This document shows positions 46,344-55,383 of a stretch of 64,000 nt of DNA, piece after piece (position 1 is the first letter of the stretch; every line of letters begins with the position of its first letter). A program made the translations under genes and the position numbers. This stretch comes from an uncultured Solibacteraceae bacterium (GTDB lineage Bacteria; Acidobacteriota; Vicinamibacteria; Vicinamibacterales; SCN-69-37), in assembly GCA_964471115.1 (NCBI GenBank), contig CAYYFE010000015.1:13818-77817 (forward strand), written 5' to 3'. The notes under the pieces were generated by a model, which searched no databases, was not told the origin of the DNA, and was given only the letters and a program-made list of their open reading frames with translations.

Positions 46344-47204
46344 CTATTCCAGAACGTATTCCATATTACTGATGAAGATGTCGCGCGTGGCTTCGCTGTC
46401 GCGCAGCCAGCGCCCCAGCGGGCCGGGCAACCGGCGCACCGTCGCCGTCGAGTGCAGTTCCTCGCGGACGATGCGCAGGCCGGCGTCGGCGATCTGCCGG
46501 CGCAGGCGCGTCACCGTGACCAGTTCAAGCAGGTCGTCTTCCTTCCAGATGCCATTGCGCGCGTCCCGGATGAACGAGTTCTCGTGGGCGGGCTCCTTCA
46601 GCGTCCACGGCGCGTACCGCGCCAGCAGCCGGAACGTGCGGAACGCGATCCAGCGGCCCGTGATCAGGTGCAGCGGGATCTGAATCTTCAGGCGCGGCAG
46701 GTGCGCGCCGGCAAACGACAGGTACGGCGCGGTCGACAGCAGGCACCGCGCGCCGGGAGCCATCACGCGCCGGATCTCCCGCAGGTACAGCGGTGCGTCG
46801 GCGACGTGTTCGATCACGGCGTGTGACAGGACGAGATCAAACGACGCGTCGGCAAACGGCAGATACATGCCGTCGGCCTGCAGGAAGTGCAGGTGCGCCA
46901 GACCGCGTTCGCGCGCCAGCCGGACGCCGGCATCGCCGAACCGGTTGATGGGATCGATGCCCACGACGAACCGCGCGTGTTCGGCCAGTGACAGCGGCAT
47001 GCCGCCGCCGCCGCACCCGGCATCCAGCACGCGCCCTTCCACCTGCACGCCGGCGCGGTCGAGGAAGGCCAGCACCTTGGCGGACCGGTAGTACTCGAAA
47101 AGCGCGTAGTCGTACTCGGACCGGAACCGGCGGTCCGCATGCTGCTTGATCAGGGCGTCATTTATCTCGCGCACGCGGGTCGGGTCCGTCGGGAAACTTG
47201 TCAA
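46344..47204 (-). CDS. class I SAM-dependent methyltransferase
   Basis: Motif I VLDAGCGGGGM. Start uncertain (TTG 47204 or GTG 47174); it overlaps the upstream gene's 3' end. Confidence 0.8.
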   Translation of the reverse strand: MTSFPTDPTRVREINDALIKQHADRRFRSEYDYALFEYYRSAKVLAFLDRAGVQVEGRVLDAGCGGGGMPLSLAEHARFVVGIDPINRFGDAGVRLARERGLAHLHFLQADGMYLPFADASFDLVLSHAVIEHVADAPLYLREIRRVMAPGARCLLSTAPYLSFAGAHLPRLKIQIPLHLITGRWIAFRTFRLLARYAPWTLKEPAHENSFIRDARNGIWKEDDLLELVTVTRLRRQIADAGLRIVREELHSTATVRRLPGPLGRWLRDSEATRDIFISNMEYVLE

Positions 47205-48990
47205 TGAGTGCAGCCCGGTCGCGGCCCGGCGTCTCCTGGACGTCGAACTCCATCACGAGTCGTCGCTGCGGGTAGTGCGCGAGCACGTCGAGGATGACGT
47301 CACCCTCGTAGCCTGGCTCGGGCCGTCCGTCGGCTTCCGTATAGGAGAGTATATAGCGCGCATCGTCGCGCGAGAGCCGGTCCGCGTAGTTGCCGAACCC
47401 CCGGCCCACGAAGACCGGGCGGATGCGATTCTCGAGCGCGAGGCCGTTGGCCAGCTTGCCGTGCACGAGGGTGCCGTCGGGCAACACTGCCCCCAGCGCC
47501 CGCGACGCGTCGACGTTGAGGTACGTGCGGGACGCGGCCCACCGGCCGAACAGCGTCAGGTCGGTCGCGACGGTCGCCACCACGACGAAGGCCAGCGCCA
47601 CGGGCGAGGGACGCCAGCCGGCCAGCCAGTCCGCGTAGCGCGCCCGGTACCACCAGGCCGCCAGCCCGGCCGCGACCGCAACCGCCGCCGAGACCCGGAC
47701 GGTCTGCTTCAACTCGCCCGCCAGGACGTCGTCGAGCCAGACCAGGCGCAGCAGACTGCCGGCGGCCAGATACGCCAGGGGCACCGCCGCGACGGCCACC
47801 ACCACGCCCCCCCATCGATCCATCGATCCATCGATCCATCGATCCATTGATCCATCGATCCATCGATCCATGGTTGTCATGCCGGCCAGTGCGATGAGCG
47901 CCGGCACGAACATCACGTAGCGACGTTCGTTGCCCGCGTCATGCACGATCAGTTCGAGCAGCCCGATGGCCAGCCAGAGCACGGCCAGCCGGGCCGCGGG
48001 CGGCGCGGCGGGCCAGCGTCGCACCACCGCGAGTGTCGTCACGGCCGCGACCAGCAGCACCAGCCACATGCGCGAGAACACGCCATGCACGACGGGCAGC
48101 CAGCTGGCGCGCTGGACGAAGTCGGCAAGGCCGTAGCTCGGCTTGCGCGTGACCGTCATCTCCCAGTTGTAGAACTGGAATTCGGTCCAGTACGGCACGA
48201 CGAACATCGCCAGCACGACGGCGGTGGCGAGTACGAGACCCGCGAGGGTGGCGAGGTGGCGAGATGGCGAGGTGGCGAGGTGGCCGGATGGCGAGGCGGC
48301 GAGGTGGCGGGATGAGCACCACCATGCGGTGGCCATCTCCAGTACGAGCGCGGCGATGAAAAACGCCGCGGCGGCCTTCGTGAAAAACGCGGCCACCGCC
48401 GCCGCGCCGGCGATGACGCCGAGCCAGGGGCGGCGCGCGCTGCCGGCGTACGCGGCCCAGCTCACCGTCATCAACGCCGTCATGGTGGACTCCATCAGCG
48501 CCGCGCGGTTCCACATGACGAACGTGAAACTGGTGGCCAGCAGCACGCCGCCCAGCAGCGCGGCCCGGCGCCCAGCCACGGCCAGCAGGCCGGCCATCAG
48601 CGCCGCCACCGCCACGACACCGGAGATCGCCGGCACCAGTCGCGCCTGCCACGTGCCGACGCCGAAGGCCTCAAACGACGCCCACTCGAGCGCGGTGAAC
48701 ACCGGCGCGATGAACACGGGGTTCCAGGCGTCGGTCCGCCACTCGCCCCACAACGCGGCGTTGCGCGCATTGTGCGTCCACGCACCTTCGTCGTGCCAGA
48801 CGATCCCGGTGTGCCCCACCGGAGGATCCGCCGTCAGCCAGACGCCGCGCAGGGCGATGGCGAGCAGCAGCAGGCCGGCGATGGCCGCCAGTGTCCGCAC
48901 GGACGAGGCTCCGCACTCCGCACTGCGCTCCGCGCACTCCGCACTTCGCACTCCGCACTGCGCACTGCGCACTCCGCACTGCGCACTCAT
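47158..48990 (-). CDS. GT-C fold, ArnT/PMT_2-like membrane glycosyltransferase carrying three in-frame repeat arrays
   Basis: Start fixed by an ATGA overlap with the upstream gene (48987-48990). First-loop acidic motif IVWHDEGAWTHNARNAALWGEW. At least 10 TM segments. Soluble C-terminal domain. Confidence 0.75.
   Translation of the reverse strand: MSAQCGVRSAQCGVRSAECAERSAECGASSVRTLAAIAGLLLLAIALRGVWLTADPPVGHTGIVWHDEGAWTHNARNAALWGEWRTDAWNPVFIAPVFTALEWASFEAFGVGTWQARLVPAISGVVAVAALMAGLLAVAGRRAALLGGVLLATSFTFVMWNRAALMESTMTALMTVSWAAYAGSARRPWLGVIAGAAAVAAFFTKAAAAFFIAALVLEMATAWWCSSRHLAASPSGHLATSPSRHLATLAGLVLATAVVLAMFVVPYWTEFQFYNWEMTVTRKPSYGLADFVQRASWLPVVHGVFSRMWLVLLVAAVTTLAVVRRWPAAPPAARLAVLWLAIGLLELIVHDAGNERRYVMFVPALIALAGMTTMDRWIDGSMDRWIDGSMDRWGGVVVAVAAVPLAYLAAGSLLRLVWLDDVLAGELKQTVRVSAAVAVAAGLAAWWYRARYADWLAGWRPSPVALAFVVVATVATDLTLFGRWAASRTYLNVDASRALGAVLPDGTLVHGKLANGLALENRIRPVFVGRGFGNYADRLSRDDARYILSYTEADGRPEPGYEGDVILDVLAHYPQRRLVMEFDVQETPGRDRAALIDKFPDGPDPRARDK
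47812..47872 (+). repeat. tandem octamer array (CCATCGAT), about 7.5 units, in frame inside the GT-C gene
   Basis: ccatcgat x3, ccattgat, ccatcgat x2, ccatgg. Translated on the minus strand as MDRWIDGSMDRWIDGSMDRW. Contains six GATC and five ATCGAT sites. Confidence 0.9.
48247..48311 (+). repeat. tandem octamer array (GGTGGCGA type), about 8 units, in frame inside the GT-C gene
   Basis: ggtggcga ggtggcga gatggcga ggtggcga ggtggccg gatggcga ggcggcga ggtggcgg. Translated on the minus strand as SRHLAASPSGHLATSPSRHLAT. Confidence 0.9.
48911..48987 (+). repeat. tandem heptamer array (SSGCACT), 11 units, forming the first about 26 codons of the GT-C gene
   Basis: ccgcact ccgcact gcgctcc gcgcact ccgcact tcgcact ccgcact gcgcact gcgcact ccgcact gcgcact. 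Minus-strand translation MSAQCGVRSAQCGVRSAECAERSAECG. Confidence 0.9.
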
Positions 48991-50588
48991 GGCTTTCGCC
49001 TCCAGACTTCGAAGCGATCGAGGTCGGCCTCGCGCGTGTAGTGCGCCGTGAGCCACGTCTCGAGGAGCGGCGTGTCGTGGAAGTAGTCGGCCGAATGGCG
49101 ATCGGGACCAGCCCACGAGTCGCGTTGCAGGGCCACGAGCGCGGGGGTGTGCTGTTGCAGCTCCGCCAGCAGGCCCGCGGGGCCGTACCCGGGGCGGTCA
49201 ACCTCGAAGTCGCTCACGATGGGCTGGCTCCAGTGAAAACGCGACGCACTGCGGCGCCCGGCCAGCACCGGGACGCCGGGCGAGAAGCCGAACACGTAGA
49301 TGGTGTCGGTCGGGGCCGTGGTGGCGCGCACCAGACGCACCAGCTCGTCGATGGCGCCGGCCACGAACTTGTCCTGCGGCCGGCCTCCGAAGTCCGCGAG
49401 ATACCGCGCGCGATCGACCGGGCCGGTCAGCGCCTGCCAGTCCAGTCGGGTGCGGCTCAGGAGGTCGTCGTAGCTGGTGGCGCGTTCGGCGCCCACCAGC
49501 ACGAGGGCGCCGGCCACCCACGGGAGGATCCGGTGCCGCTGGCCGAGTCGACGGCCCAGCAGGACAAGGCCGACGCCCGCCGCCAGCGCGAGCGCGGGCC
49601 AGGCCTGCACGAAATACTGCGGCAGGTGCCGCGCGCCGTTGATGAGGATGGACAGCCACGCGCCGGCCAGCCACGCGGCGGCGACGGCGGCGCTTCGCCG
49701 GGCCGGGCGGTCCGCCGTCCACACGGTGGCCAGTGACGCCAGCACGCCCAGGCCGCCGAGGAACCAGAGCGCGTCATTGCGCGCGCGTTCGACCGGAAAC
49801 TGCGCCGCGTACCGCAGCACGCCCAGCAGTCCGTCGTAGGTGTCGCCGGCGTACCGCGCGTTGTAGGTGATTGTCGCCAAGTAGAGATCGGATAACGATC
49901 CGGTCAGGGCCAAGAGCGCGATCGGCGCCAGCACCATCACCAGTCCCGCGGCCGACACGGTCGCCAGCTCCCGCACCCATGCGCGCGGTTCGAAGGTCAT
50001 CCCCCGTGGCCAGCACGCCAGCGCGACGGCGGCGGTGACGGCGTACGCGGCCGCGTTGTATTTCAGCCAGAACGCCGCGCCCAGCAGGACGCCGATGCCC
50101 AGCAGGTGTCCACGCCGGCGATCGTGGGTGGCAGCCAGGGCGAGGGCGCCGGTGATCGCGAGTGCGATGAACGTCTCGCACTGCCCGCGTACGAAGACGC
50201 CGCCCAGCCGCTGGGTCAGGGCCGGATTGCCGAAGAACAGATACACGGCGGCCGCGGCGACGCCGGTCGCCTCGTCGAGCCGGCGGCGTCCGATGATGAC
50301 CAGCAACCAGGCCACGGCGCCCGCCGCCGCCATGTCGGCCGCCGCGACGACCGACTGGTGCGGCCAGACCGCCCACAACACGCCGTAGATGACATGAATG
50401 CCCGGCGGCTTCTGATCCCACGCGCCGGCGTACGGCGCGTCGCCCGCCATCAGACGCTGGCCGGCGTAGGCGTACAAGCCCTGGTCGGAGGCCATGGGCT
50501 GCGCCAGCGACGGAACCCGCAGGAGCCAGAGCGCCGCCAGCAGCACACACCACGCCAATCGCTGGGTTGACGGCCCCCGTGCGGACAC
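48987..50588 (-). CDS. GT-C fold, ArnT/PMT_2-like membrane glycosyltransferase
   Basis: MASDQGLYAYAGQRLMAGDAPYAGAWDQKPPGIHVIYG first-loop region, then about 12 TM segments and a C-terminal soluble domain. Confidence 0.75.
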   Translation of the reverse strand: MSARGPSTQRLAWCVLLAALWLLRVPSLAQPMASDQGLYAYAGQRLMAGDAPYAGAWDQKPPGIHVIYGVLWAVWPHQSVVAAADMAAAGAVAWLLVIIGRRRLDEATGVAAAAVYLFFGNPALTQRLGGVFVRGQCETFIALAITGALALAATHDRRRGHLLGIGVLLGAAFWLKYNAAAYAVTAAVALACWPRGMTFEPRAWVRELATVSAAGLVMVLAPIALLALTGSLSDLYLATITYNARYAGDTYDGLLGVLRYAAQFPVERARNDALWFLGGLGVLASLATVWTADRPARRSAAVAAAWLAGAWLSILINGARHLPQYFVQAWPALALAAGVGLVLLGRRLGQRHRILPWVAGALVLVGAERATSYDDLLSRTRLDWQALTGPVDRARYLADFGGRPQDKFVAGAIDELVRLVRATTAPTDTIYVFGFSPGVPVLAGRRSASRFHWSQPIVSDFEVDRPGYGPAGLLAELQQHTPALVALQRDSWAGPDRHSADYFHDTPLLETWLTAHYTREADLDRFEVWRRKP

Positions 50589-50620
50589 CGGGGAATTATA
50601 CGTTCCGGTATAGTGCTGGG

Positions 50621-51397
50621 GTGACGACCGCCCGGCCGGCTGACCTGTCGATGGTCGTGCCCACCTACAACGAACGCGAACGGTTGACCGGGCTGGTGGA
50701 CGCCGTGTTTGCCGCGGCCTCGGCGTCGGGCCTGCGCCTCGAGCTGATCGTTGTCGACGACAACTCGCCGGACGGCACCGGGGCGCTGGCCGACGACCTC
50801 GCCGCGACCCGCCACATGCGCGTGGTGCATCGCGCCGGCAAGCTGGGGCTGGGCACCGCGGTGGTCGAAGGGTTCTCGGTGGCGTCGGCGCCGATCGTCG
50901 GCGTCATGGACGCGGACTTCAGCCATCCGCCGGCGCTGATTCCGGTGTTGTATCGCGCCTTCACCGACGCGCAGGCCGATGTGGTGGTCGCGAGCCGGTA
51001 CGTGCCCGGCGGCTCGACTCCCGACTGGCCGTTCAAGCGCCGGCTGCTGTCACGGGTCGCGTGCCTGCTGGCGCGCGGGTTGTCGCCGATTCGGGATGCC
51101 GCCTCGGGGTTCTTCCTGATTCGCGCGGACCTGGCGCGCGCGACCACGATCAAGGCGGGCGGCTTCAAGATCTGTCTCGAACTCATCGTCCGCGGCGGCG
51201 CGCGGCGCCTCGTGGAACTGCCGTATCGCTTCGATGACCGTGAGCTGGGCGAAAGCAAGATGAGCCTGCGCGAAGCCGCGGGGTACCTGGTGCAGTTGCG
51301 CGACCTGTACGGCGAACGTCTCACCGGCGCGCCGCGTGTGCGGCGCGACTACCGCCGCCTGTCGGTCTCCGACGTCGAGGCGCTGCATCGGCGATGA
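50621..51397 (+). CDS. GT2 polyprenol-phosphate sugar synthase (Dpm1/Ppm1/ArnC-like)
   Basis: VVPTYNERERL, VVDDNSPDGT, MDADFSHPP, RYVPGG. Start uncertain (TTG 50567, GTG 50621 or ATG 50650). Confidence 0.85.
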   Translation: MTTARPADLSMVVPTYNERERLTGLVDAVFAAASASGLRLELIVVDDNSPDGTGALADDLAATRHMRVVHRAGKLGLGTAVVEGFSVASAPIVGVMDADFSHPPALIPVLYRAFTDAQADVVVASRYVPGGSTPDWPFKRRLLSRVACLLARGLSPIRDAASGFFLIRADLARATTIKAGGFKICLELIVRGGARRLVELPYRFDDRELGESKMSLREAAGYLVQLRDLYGERLTGAPRVRRDYRRLSVSDVEALHRR

Positions 51398-52503
51398 CGG
51401 GCCGGGCCGGACGCCTCGTCCTGTTCGGCACCATGGTCGCCGCGCAGTTCGTCGCCCTCGAGGCCGGGATGCGCGTGTGGGGCGGGTCCGAGGCGTCGCC
51501 GGCGTTCCAGCAACTGTTCATGCAGGACCCCGCCGTCGGGCACCGGCTCCGGCCGGGCGCCAGCGTCCGCTACACCACGCCCGAGTTCAGCGCGTTCATC
51601 AACATTGCGCCCGAGGGCGTGCGCGCCGCTGGGGCTGTGGGACCGAAAGCGCCGGGCGAGACGCGCATCGTCGTCCTCGGCGACTCCCTGGTGCTGTCGG
51701 TGCAGGTCGACCTCGAGGCGTGGTTCGGCACCCATCTGGAGCGTGCCCTCAACGCCTCGGCGCCGCCCGGGCGGACGTTCCGTGTCATCAACGCCGGCGT
51801 GCAGGGGTACGGGCCGGTCGACGAGTGGCTGTTCTACAAACACGTGGTCGAACCGCTCGAGCCCGACCTGGTCCTGACCGTCGTGTTCGTGGGCAATGAC
51901 GCGGTGGAGGCCTTCGACAAGGCCGCGTGGATCGAGGCGGACGGCCCGCCGGCCGACACGCGCAGTGCCCAGGCCGCCACGGCGCTGCGCCGGGTGGTGC
52001 GATCCAGCATGGTGCTGCAGAACGTGCGCCTGCGCTGGGATCTGCTCAAGGCGTCGTTTGAGGGACCCGGCACCGAACGCCCGTTGACCAGTTACCTCGC
52101 GGACCCGCCCGCGGATGTCAACGAGGGTCTGGCGGTGGCGCGCCGCGCGTACGGACTGCTGGCCGCGCGCGCGGCCGATCGGGGCGCGGCCACGGCCCTG
52201 GTCCTCATGCCGGCGCGTTTCCAGACCGACGATGCCGACTATGGCCGTCTGCGTGACATCGTGCAGGCCGCGGGGGGCACACTCGTGCGCGATGCGGCCA
52301 CGGAGCGGTTTGCCGGCGCGCTCGCGCCGCTGGGCCTGCCCACGCTGGACCTGCTGCCCGCGTTGCGCGCCGAGCCGGATCGCATCGAGTTGTTCTTCCA
52401 GCAGAACGTGCACCTCACGCCGCGCGGGCATCGGGTTGTGGCCCGGGCGCTCGAGGGGTTCGTGCGGCCGCTCGTGGAGACGGCGCCGGCCGGCCGCGAC
52501 TGA
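51394..52503 (+). CDS. SGNH/GDSL-fold hydrolase/acyltransferase (AlgJ/AlgX/DltD-like partner of MBOAT)
   Basis: Block I IVVLGDSLV, block III VFVGNDAVEAF, block V-like QQNVHLTPRGH. N-terminal TM. Start/stop overlaps with both neighbours. Confidence 0.7.
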   Translation: MTGRAGRLVLFGTMVAAQFVALEAGMRVWGGSEASPAFQQLFMQDPAVGHRLRPGASVRYTTPEFSAFINIAPEGVRAAGAVGPKAPGETRIVVLGDSLVLSVQVDLEAWFGTHLERALNASAPPGRTFRVINAGVQGYGPVDEWLFYKHVVEPLEPDLVLTVVFVGNDAVEAFDKAAWIEADGPPADTRSAQAATALRRVVRSSMVLQNVRLRWDLLKASFEGPGTERPLTSYLADPPADVNEGLAVARRAYGLLAARAADRGAATALVLMPARFQTDDADYGRLRDIVQAAGGTLVRDAATERFAGALAPLGLPTLDLLPALRAEPDRIELFFQQNVHLTPRGHRVVARALEGFVRPLVETAPAGRD

Positions 52504-53909
52504 TGGTCTTCACCTCCCTGCACTTCGTCGCGTTTTTCCTCGTCGTCTACACGGCGTACCGCGTGTTGCCGCACCGCGCGCAGAACGGGTTGCTCGTGCT
52601 GGCGAGTTACTACTTCTACGCGGCGTGGGACTGGCGGTTCCTGTCACTGCTCGTGGCCTCCACGGTGATCGACTACGCCGTGGCCCGGGTGATCGAGCGG
52701 CAGGACGATCCGGTGGCACGGCGGCGGTGGTTGTGGGTGAGCCTGGCGTTCAACTTCGGAATGCTGGGGTTCTTCAAGTACTTCAACTTCTTCGCGGACG
52801 GCCTGCGCGACCTGGCCGCGCTGGCGGGCTGGCATCTCGACGCGGTGACGCTGCACGTGATGCTGCCGATCGGCATTTCGTTCTACACGTTCATGACCGT
52901 CAGTTACGTCGTCGACGTGTACCGGCGCGAGATACCGGCCACGCGGTCGCTGCTCGATTTCGCGGTGTTCGTGGCGTATTTCCCGCATCTGGTGGCCGGT
53001 CCGATTCTCCGCGCCTCGTTGCTGCTGCCGCAGATCAGTCAGCCGCGCCGGATTGCGTCGGCGCAGATCGTCGAGGGCCTGTGGCTGATGGCCTGGGGCG
53101 CGTTCCAGAAGCTGTTTGTCGCCGACAACCTCGCCCGTCTGGTCGACACCGTGTATGGCGCCGGCGCGACGCCCACCGGCGGAGACGTGCTGGTGGCCAC
53201 CTGGGCCTTTGCCTTCCAGATCTACGGCGATTTCGCCGGGTACTCGAACATGGCGCGGGGCATGTCGAAGCTCATGGGCATCGAGCTCAACGTCAATTTC
53301 CGGTATCCGTATTTCGTGACCTCGCCGCAGCAGTTCTGGCGGCACTGGCACATCAGCCTGTCCACGTGGCTGCGTGACTATCTCTACATTCCGCTGGGCG
53401 GCAATCGCGGGTCCGCCCTGGCCACCAAACGCAATCTGTTCCTCACCATGGTGCTGGGCGGCTTGTGGCATGGGGCCGCGTGGACGTTCGTGATCTGGGG
53501 CGTCTATCAGGGGCTCGTGCTGGCGGCCGGCCGCGCGATTGCCGATCTCGGAATTCCTCTGCGCGCCGCCTGGCAGCGGGTCCTGCTGGCGCTGGTCATG
53601 TTCCAGGTCACCTGTTACGGCTGGCTCATCTTCCGCGCACAGTCAGCCGGTCAGATCAGTGACTTCACGCGCCGCCTCGTCACGGATCTCACCTTCACGC
53701 CCACGACGCTGTACGCGCTGCTCGTGCCGCTGCTGCTGGTGGTGCTGCCGCTGCTCATCGTTCACAGCTGGCAGGCCCGTCAGGATGACGACGGGGCGGT
53801 GGTGCGGCTGCCCCTCGTGCCGCGGTACGCGGTGTATGCGGGGGTGTTCTGGCTGACGCTGGTGTTCGGCAACTTCGAAGGCGCCGAGTTCATCTACTTC
53901 CAGTTCTGA
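52503..53909 (+). CDS. MBOAT-family membrane O-acyltransferase (AlgI/DltB-like)
   Basis: FWRHWHISLSTWLRDYLYIPLGGNRG with the catalytic His. N-terminus MVFTSLHFVAFFLVVY is typical of AlgI/DltB. Confidence 0.9.
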   Translation: MVFTSLHFVAFFLVVYTAYRVLPHRAQNGLLVLASYYFYAAWDWRFLSLLVASTVIDYAVARVIERQDDPVARRRWLWVSLAFNFGMLGFFKYFNFFADGLRDLAALAGWHLDAVTLHVMLPIGISFYTFMTVSYVVDVYRREIPATRSLLDFAVFVAYFPHLVAGPILRASLLLPQISQPRRIASAQIVEGLWLMAWGAFQKLFVADNLARLVDTVYGAGATPTGGDVLVATWAFAFQIYGDFAGYSNMARGMSKLMGIELNVNFRYPYFVTSPQQFWRHWHISLSTWLRDYLYIPLGGNRGSALATKRNLFLTMVLGGLWHGAAWTFVIWGVYQGLVLAAGRAIADLGIPLRAAWQRVLLALVMFQVTCYGWLIFRAQSAGQISDFTRRLVTDLTFTPTTLYALLVPLLLVVLPLLIVHSWQARQDDDGAVVRLPLVPRYAVYAGVFWLTLVFGNFEGAEFIYFQF

Positions 53910-53931
53910 GCCAGCAGACCCCGCCGGGGTG

Positions 53932-55383
53932 TCAGCGCGTGGCCGGCGGCCGGCTGCCGAAGATCATCCGCGTCCCGATCTCCCAGGCCACCGGGAACTT
54001 CGTGGTCGCCAGACGGACCACGTCGCCGAAGTGGGTCGCCAGGTACCGCGGCCGCAGGAAGAAGCGCCGTTTCGCCCGGTTGATCGCATCCATGACCACC
54101 CGCTCGTTCAGGCCGTTGCCCTCGAGCAGGTAGTACGAATACTCCATCTTCGACCAGTCCTCGCTGGCGAGCAGACCCTCGCGCTTGGCCTTGGCGTACA
54201 GATCCGTGCCGGGATAGGGCACGGCCGGGTAGAAGTTGGCGAAGTCGGGATTGAGGTCGATCGCGTACGCAATCGTTCGGTCGAGCGCCTGGGCATCTTC
54301 GCCCGGGTACCCCAGGATGAAGAAGCCGAACGACTTGATGCCGGCCTGGCGCATGTTGACCAGCGCCGTGCGGATCTTCTCGCCTTCGAGCCGCTTCATC
54401 ATGTCCTTGCGCGTGTCGTCCGATTCGGTTTCGATGCCCAGCGCCAGCATCCAGCAGCCGGACTTCTTCAGCCGCGCGACAAACGCCGGATCCTGCAGAT
54501 TGTCCGCGCGCGCGTTGCCGAACCACTGGATGTCCAGCCCGCGCGTGATGATTTCCTCGCAGATGGCGCTGAACGACTTCACGTTGAGCGTGACCGTGTC
54601 GCCCCAGAGGTAGAAAAACTTCACGCCGTGTTGCCGCACCATGTGCGCCATCTCGTCGACGATGGCCGCCGCCGAGCGCTCGCGGAACTTGTGGCCCTGA
54701 TGAATCGGCGCCACACAGAAGTCACAGGTGTACGGACACCCGCGTGACGTCTCGACGATGACGTAGGACTGGTTGACGAGCGGCAGCGAATACTGCGACA
54801 GGTCTAGCAGGTCCCACGCCGGCACGGGCGCCGTCAGGAATCCCGTGAAGCTGCCGTGGGCGCGGTGTGGCACCACCGCGCCGCCGCGCCGGAAGGTGAG
54901 CGACGGCACGGAGTCCAGCTCGTCGACCGAGGCCAGCGCCCCCAGCGCGAGCGCGCCGTCCTCGGGCTCGCCCACGAACATGCCGTCGACCTCCGGCACC
55001 CGCGCCATGGACTCGGCCGGCGTCGTCGAGGCATGCGGCCCGAAGCAGAACATGGGCGCGCCGTAGCGCGCCTTGAGCCGGGCGATGGCCGCCACGTCCG
55101 CGTCGAGTGTGGGGGTGGTGCTGGGGAACAGGATGAGCGTCGGGACGAACCCTTCGCGATCGAGGTCGGCGATGAGGTCGTCCACGCTGCGGCGGCTGGC
55201 GGTCAGATCGACCAGGCGCACCTGCTGCCCGCGCTGCCGCAGCAGGGCCGCGATCAACGCCAGCGTCAGCGGCGGCTTGGTGGTCCCCAGGACTTCTTCG
55301 CGCTCCTGGCAGCGTCCCTGCCGCGTGAACGCAATGCCGCCCACGAGGGGCGGGTTCACGAGCAGTGTGCGGTCACCCAGCAT
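53932..55383 (-). CDS. B12-binding-domain radical SAM enzyme (class B)
   Basis: Start re-picked at MLGDRTLLVNPP (1-nt TGATG overlap with the upstream gene). N-terminal cobalamin-binding-like Rossmann segment. Cluster motif SRGCPYTCDFCVAP. Confidence 0.85.
   Translation of the reverse strand: MLGDRTLLVNPPLVGGIAFTRQGRCQEREEVLGTTKPPLTLALIAALLRQRGQQVRLVDLTASRRSVDDLIADLDREGFVPTLILFPSTTPTLDADVAAIARLKARYGAPMFCFGPHASTTPAESMARVPEVDGMFVGEPEDGALALGALASVDELDSVPSLTFRRGGAVVPHRAHGSFTGFLTAPVPAWDLLDLSQYSLPLVNQSYVIVETSRGCPYTCDFCVAPIHQGHKFRERSAAAIVDEMAHMVRQHGVKFFYLWGDTVTLNVKSFSAICEEIITRGLDIQWFGNARADNLQDPAFVARLKKSGCWMLALGIETESDDTRKDMMKRLEGEKIRTALVNMRQAGIKSFGFFILGYPGEDAQALDRTIAYAIDLNPDFANFYPAVPYPGTDLYAKAKREGLLASEDWSKMEYSYYLLEGNGLNERVVMDAINRAKRRFFLRPRYLATHFGDVVRLATTKFPVAWEIGTRMIFGSRPPATR

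Noticed and set aside
53910-53931. Small hairpin (accccgccggggt) between the convergent MBOAT and B12-radical SAM genes as a bidirectional terminator
   Set aside because: The stem is only 5 bp with a 3-nt loop and has no flanking T/A tracts. Not supportable.
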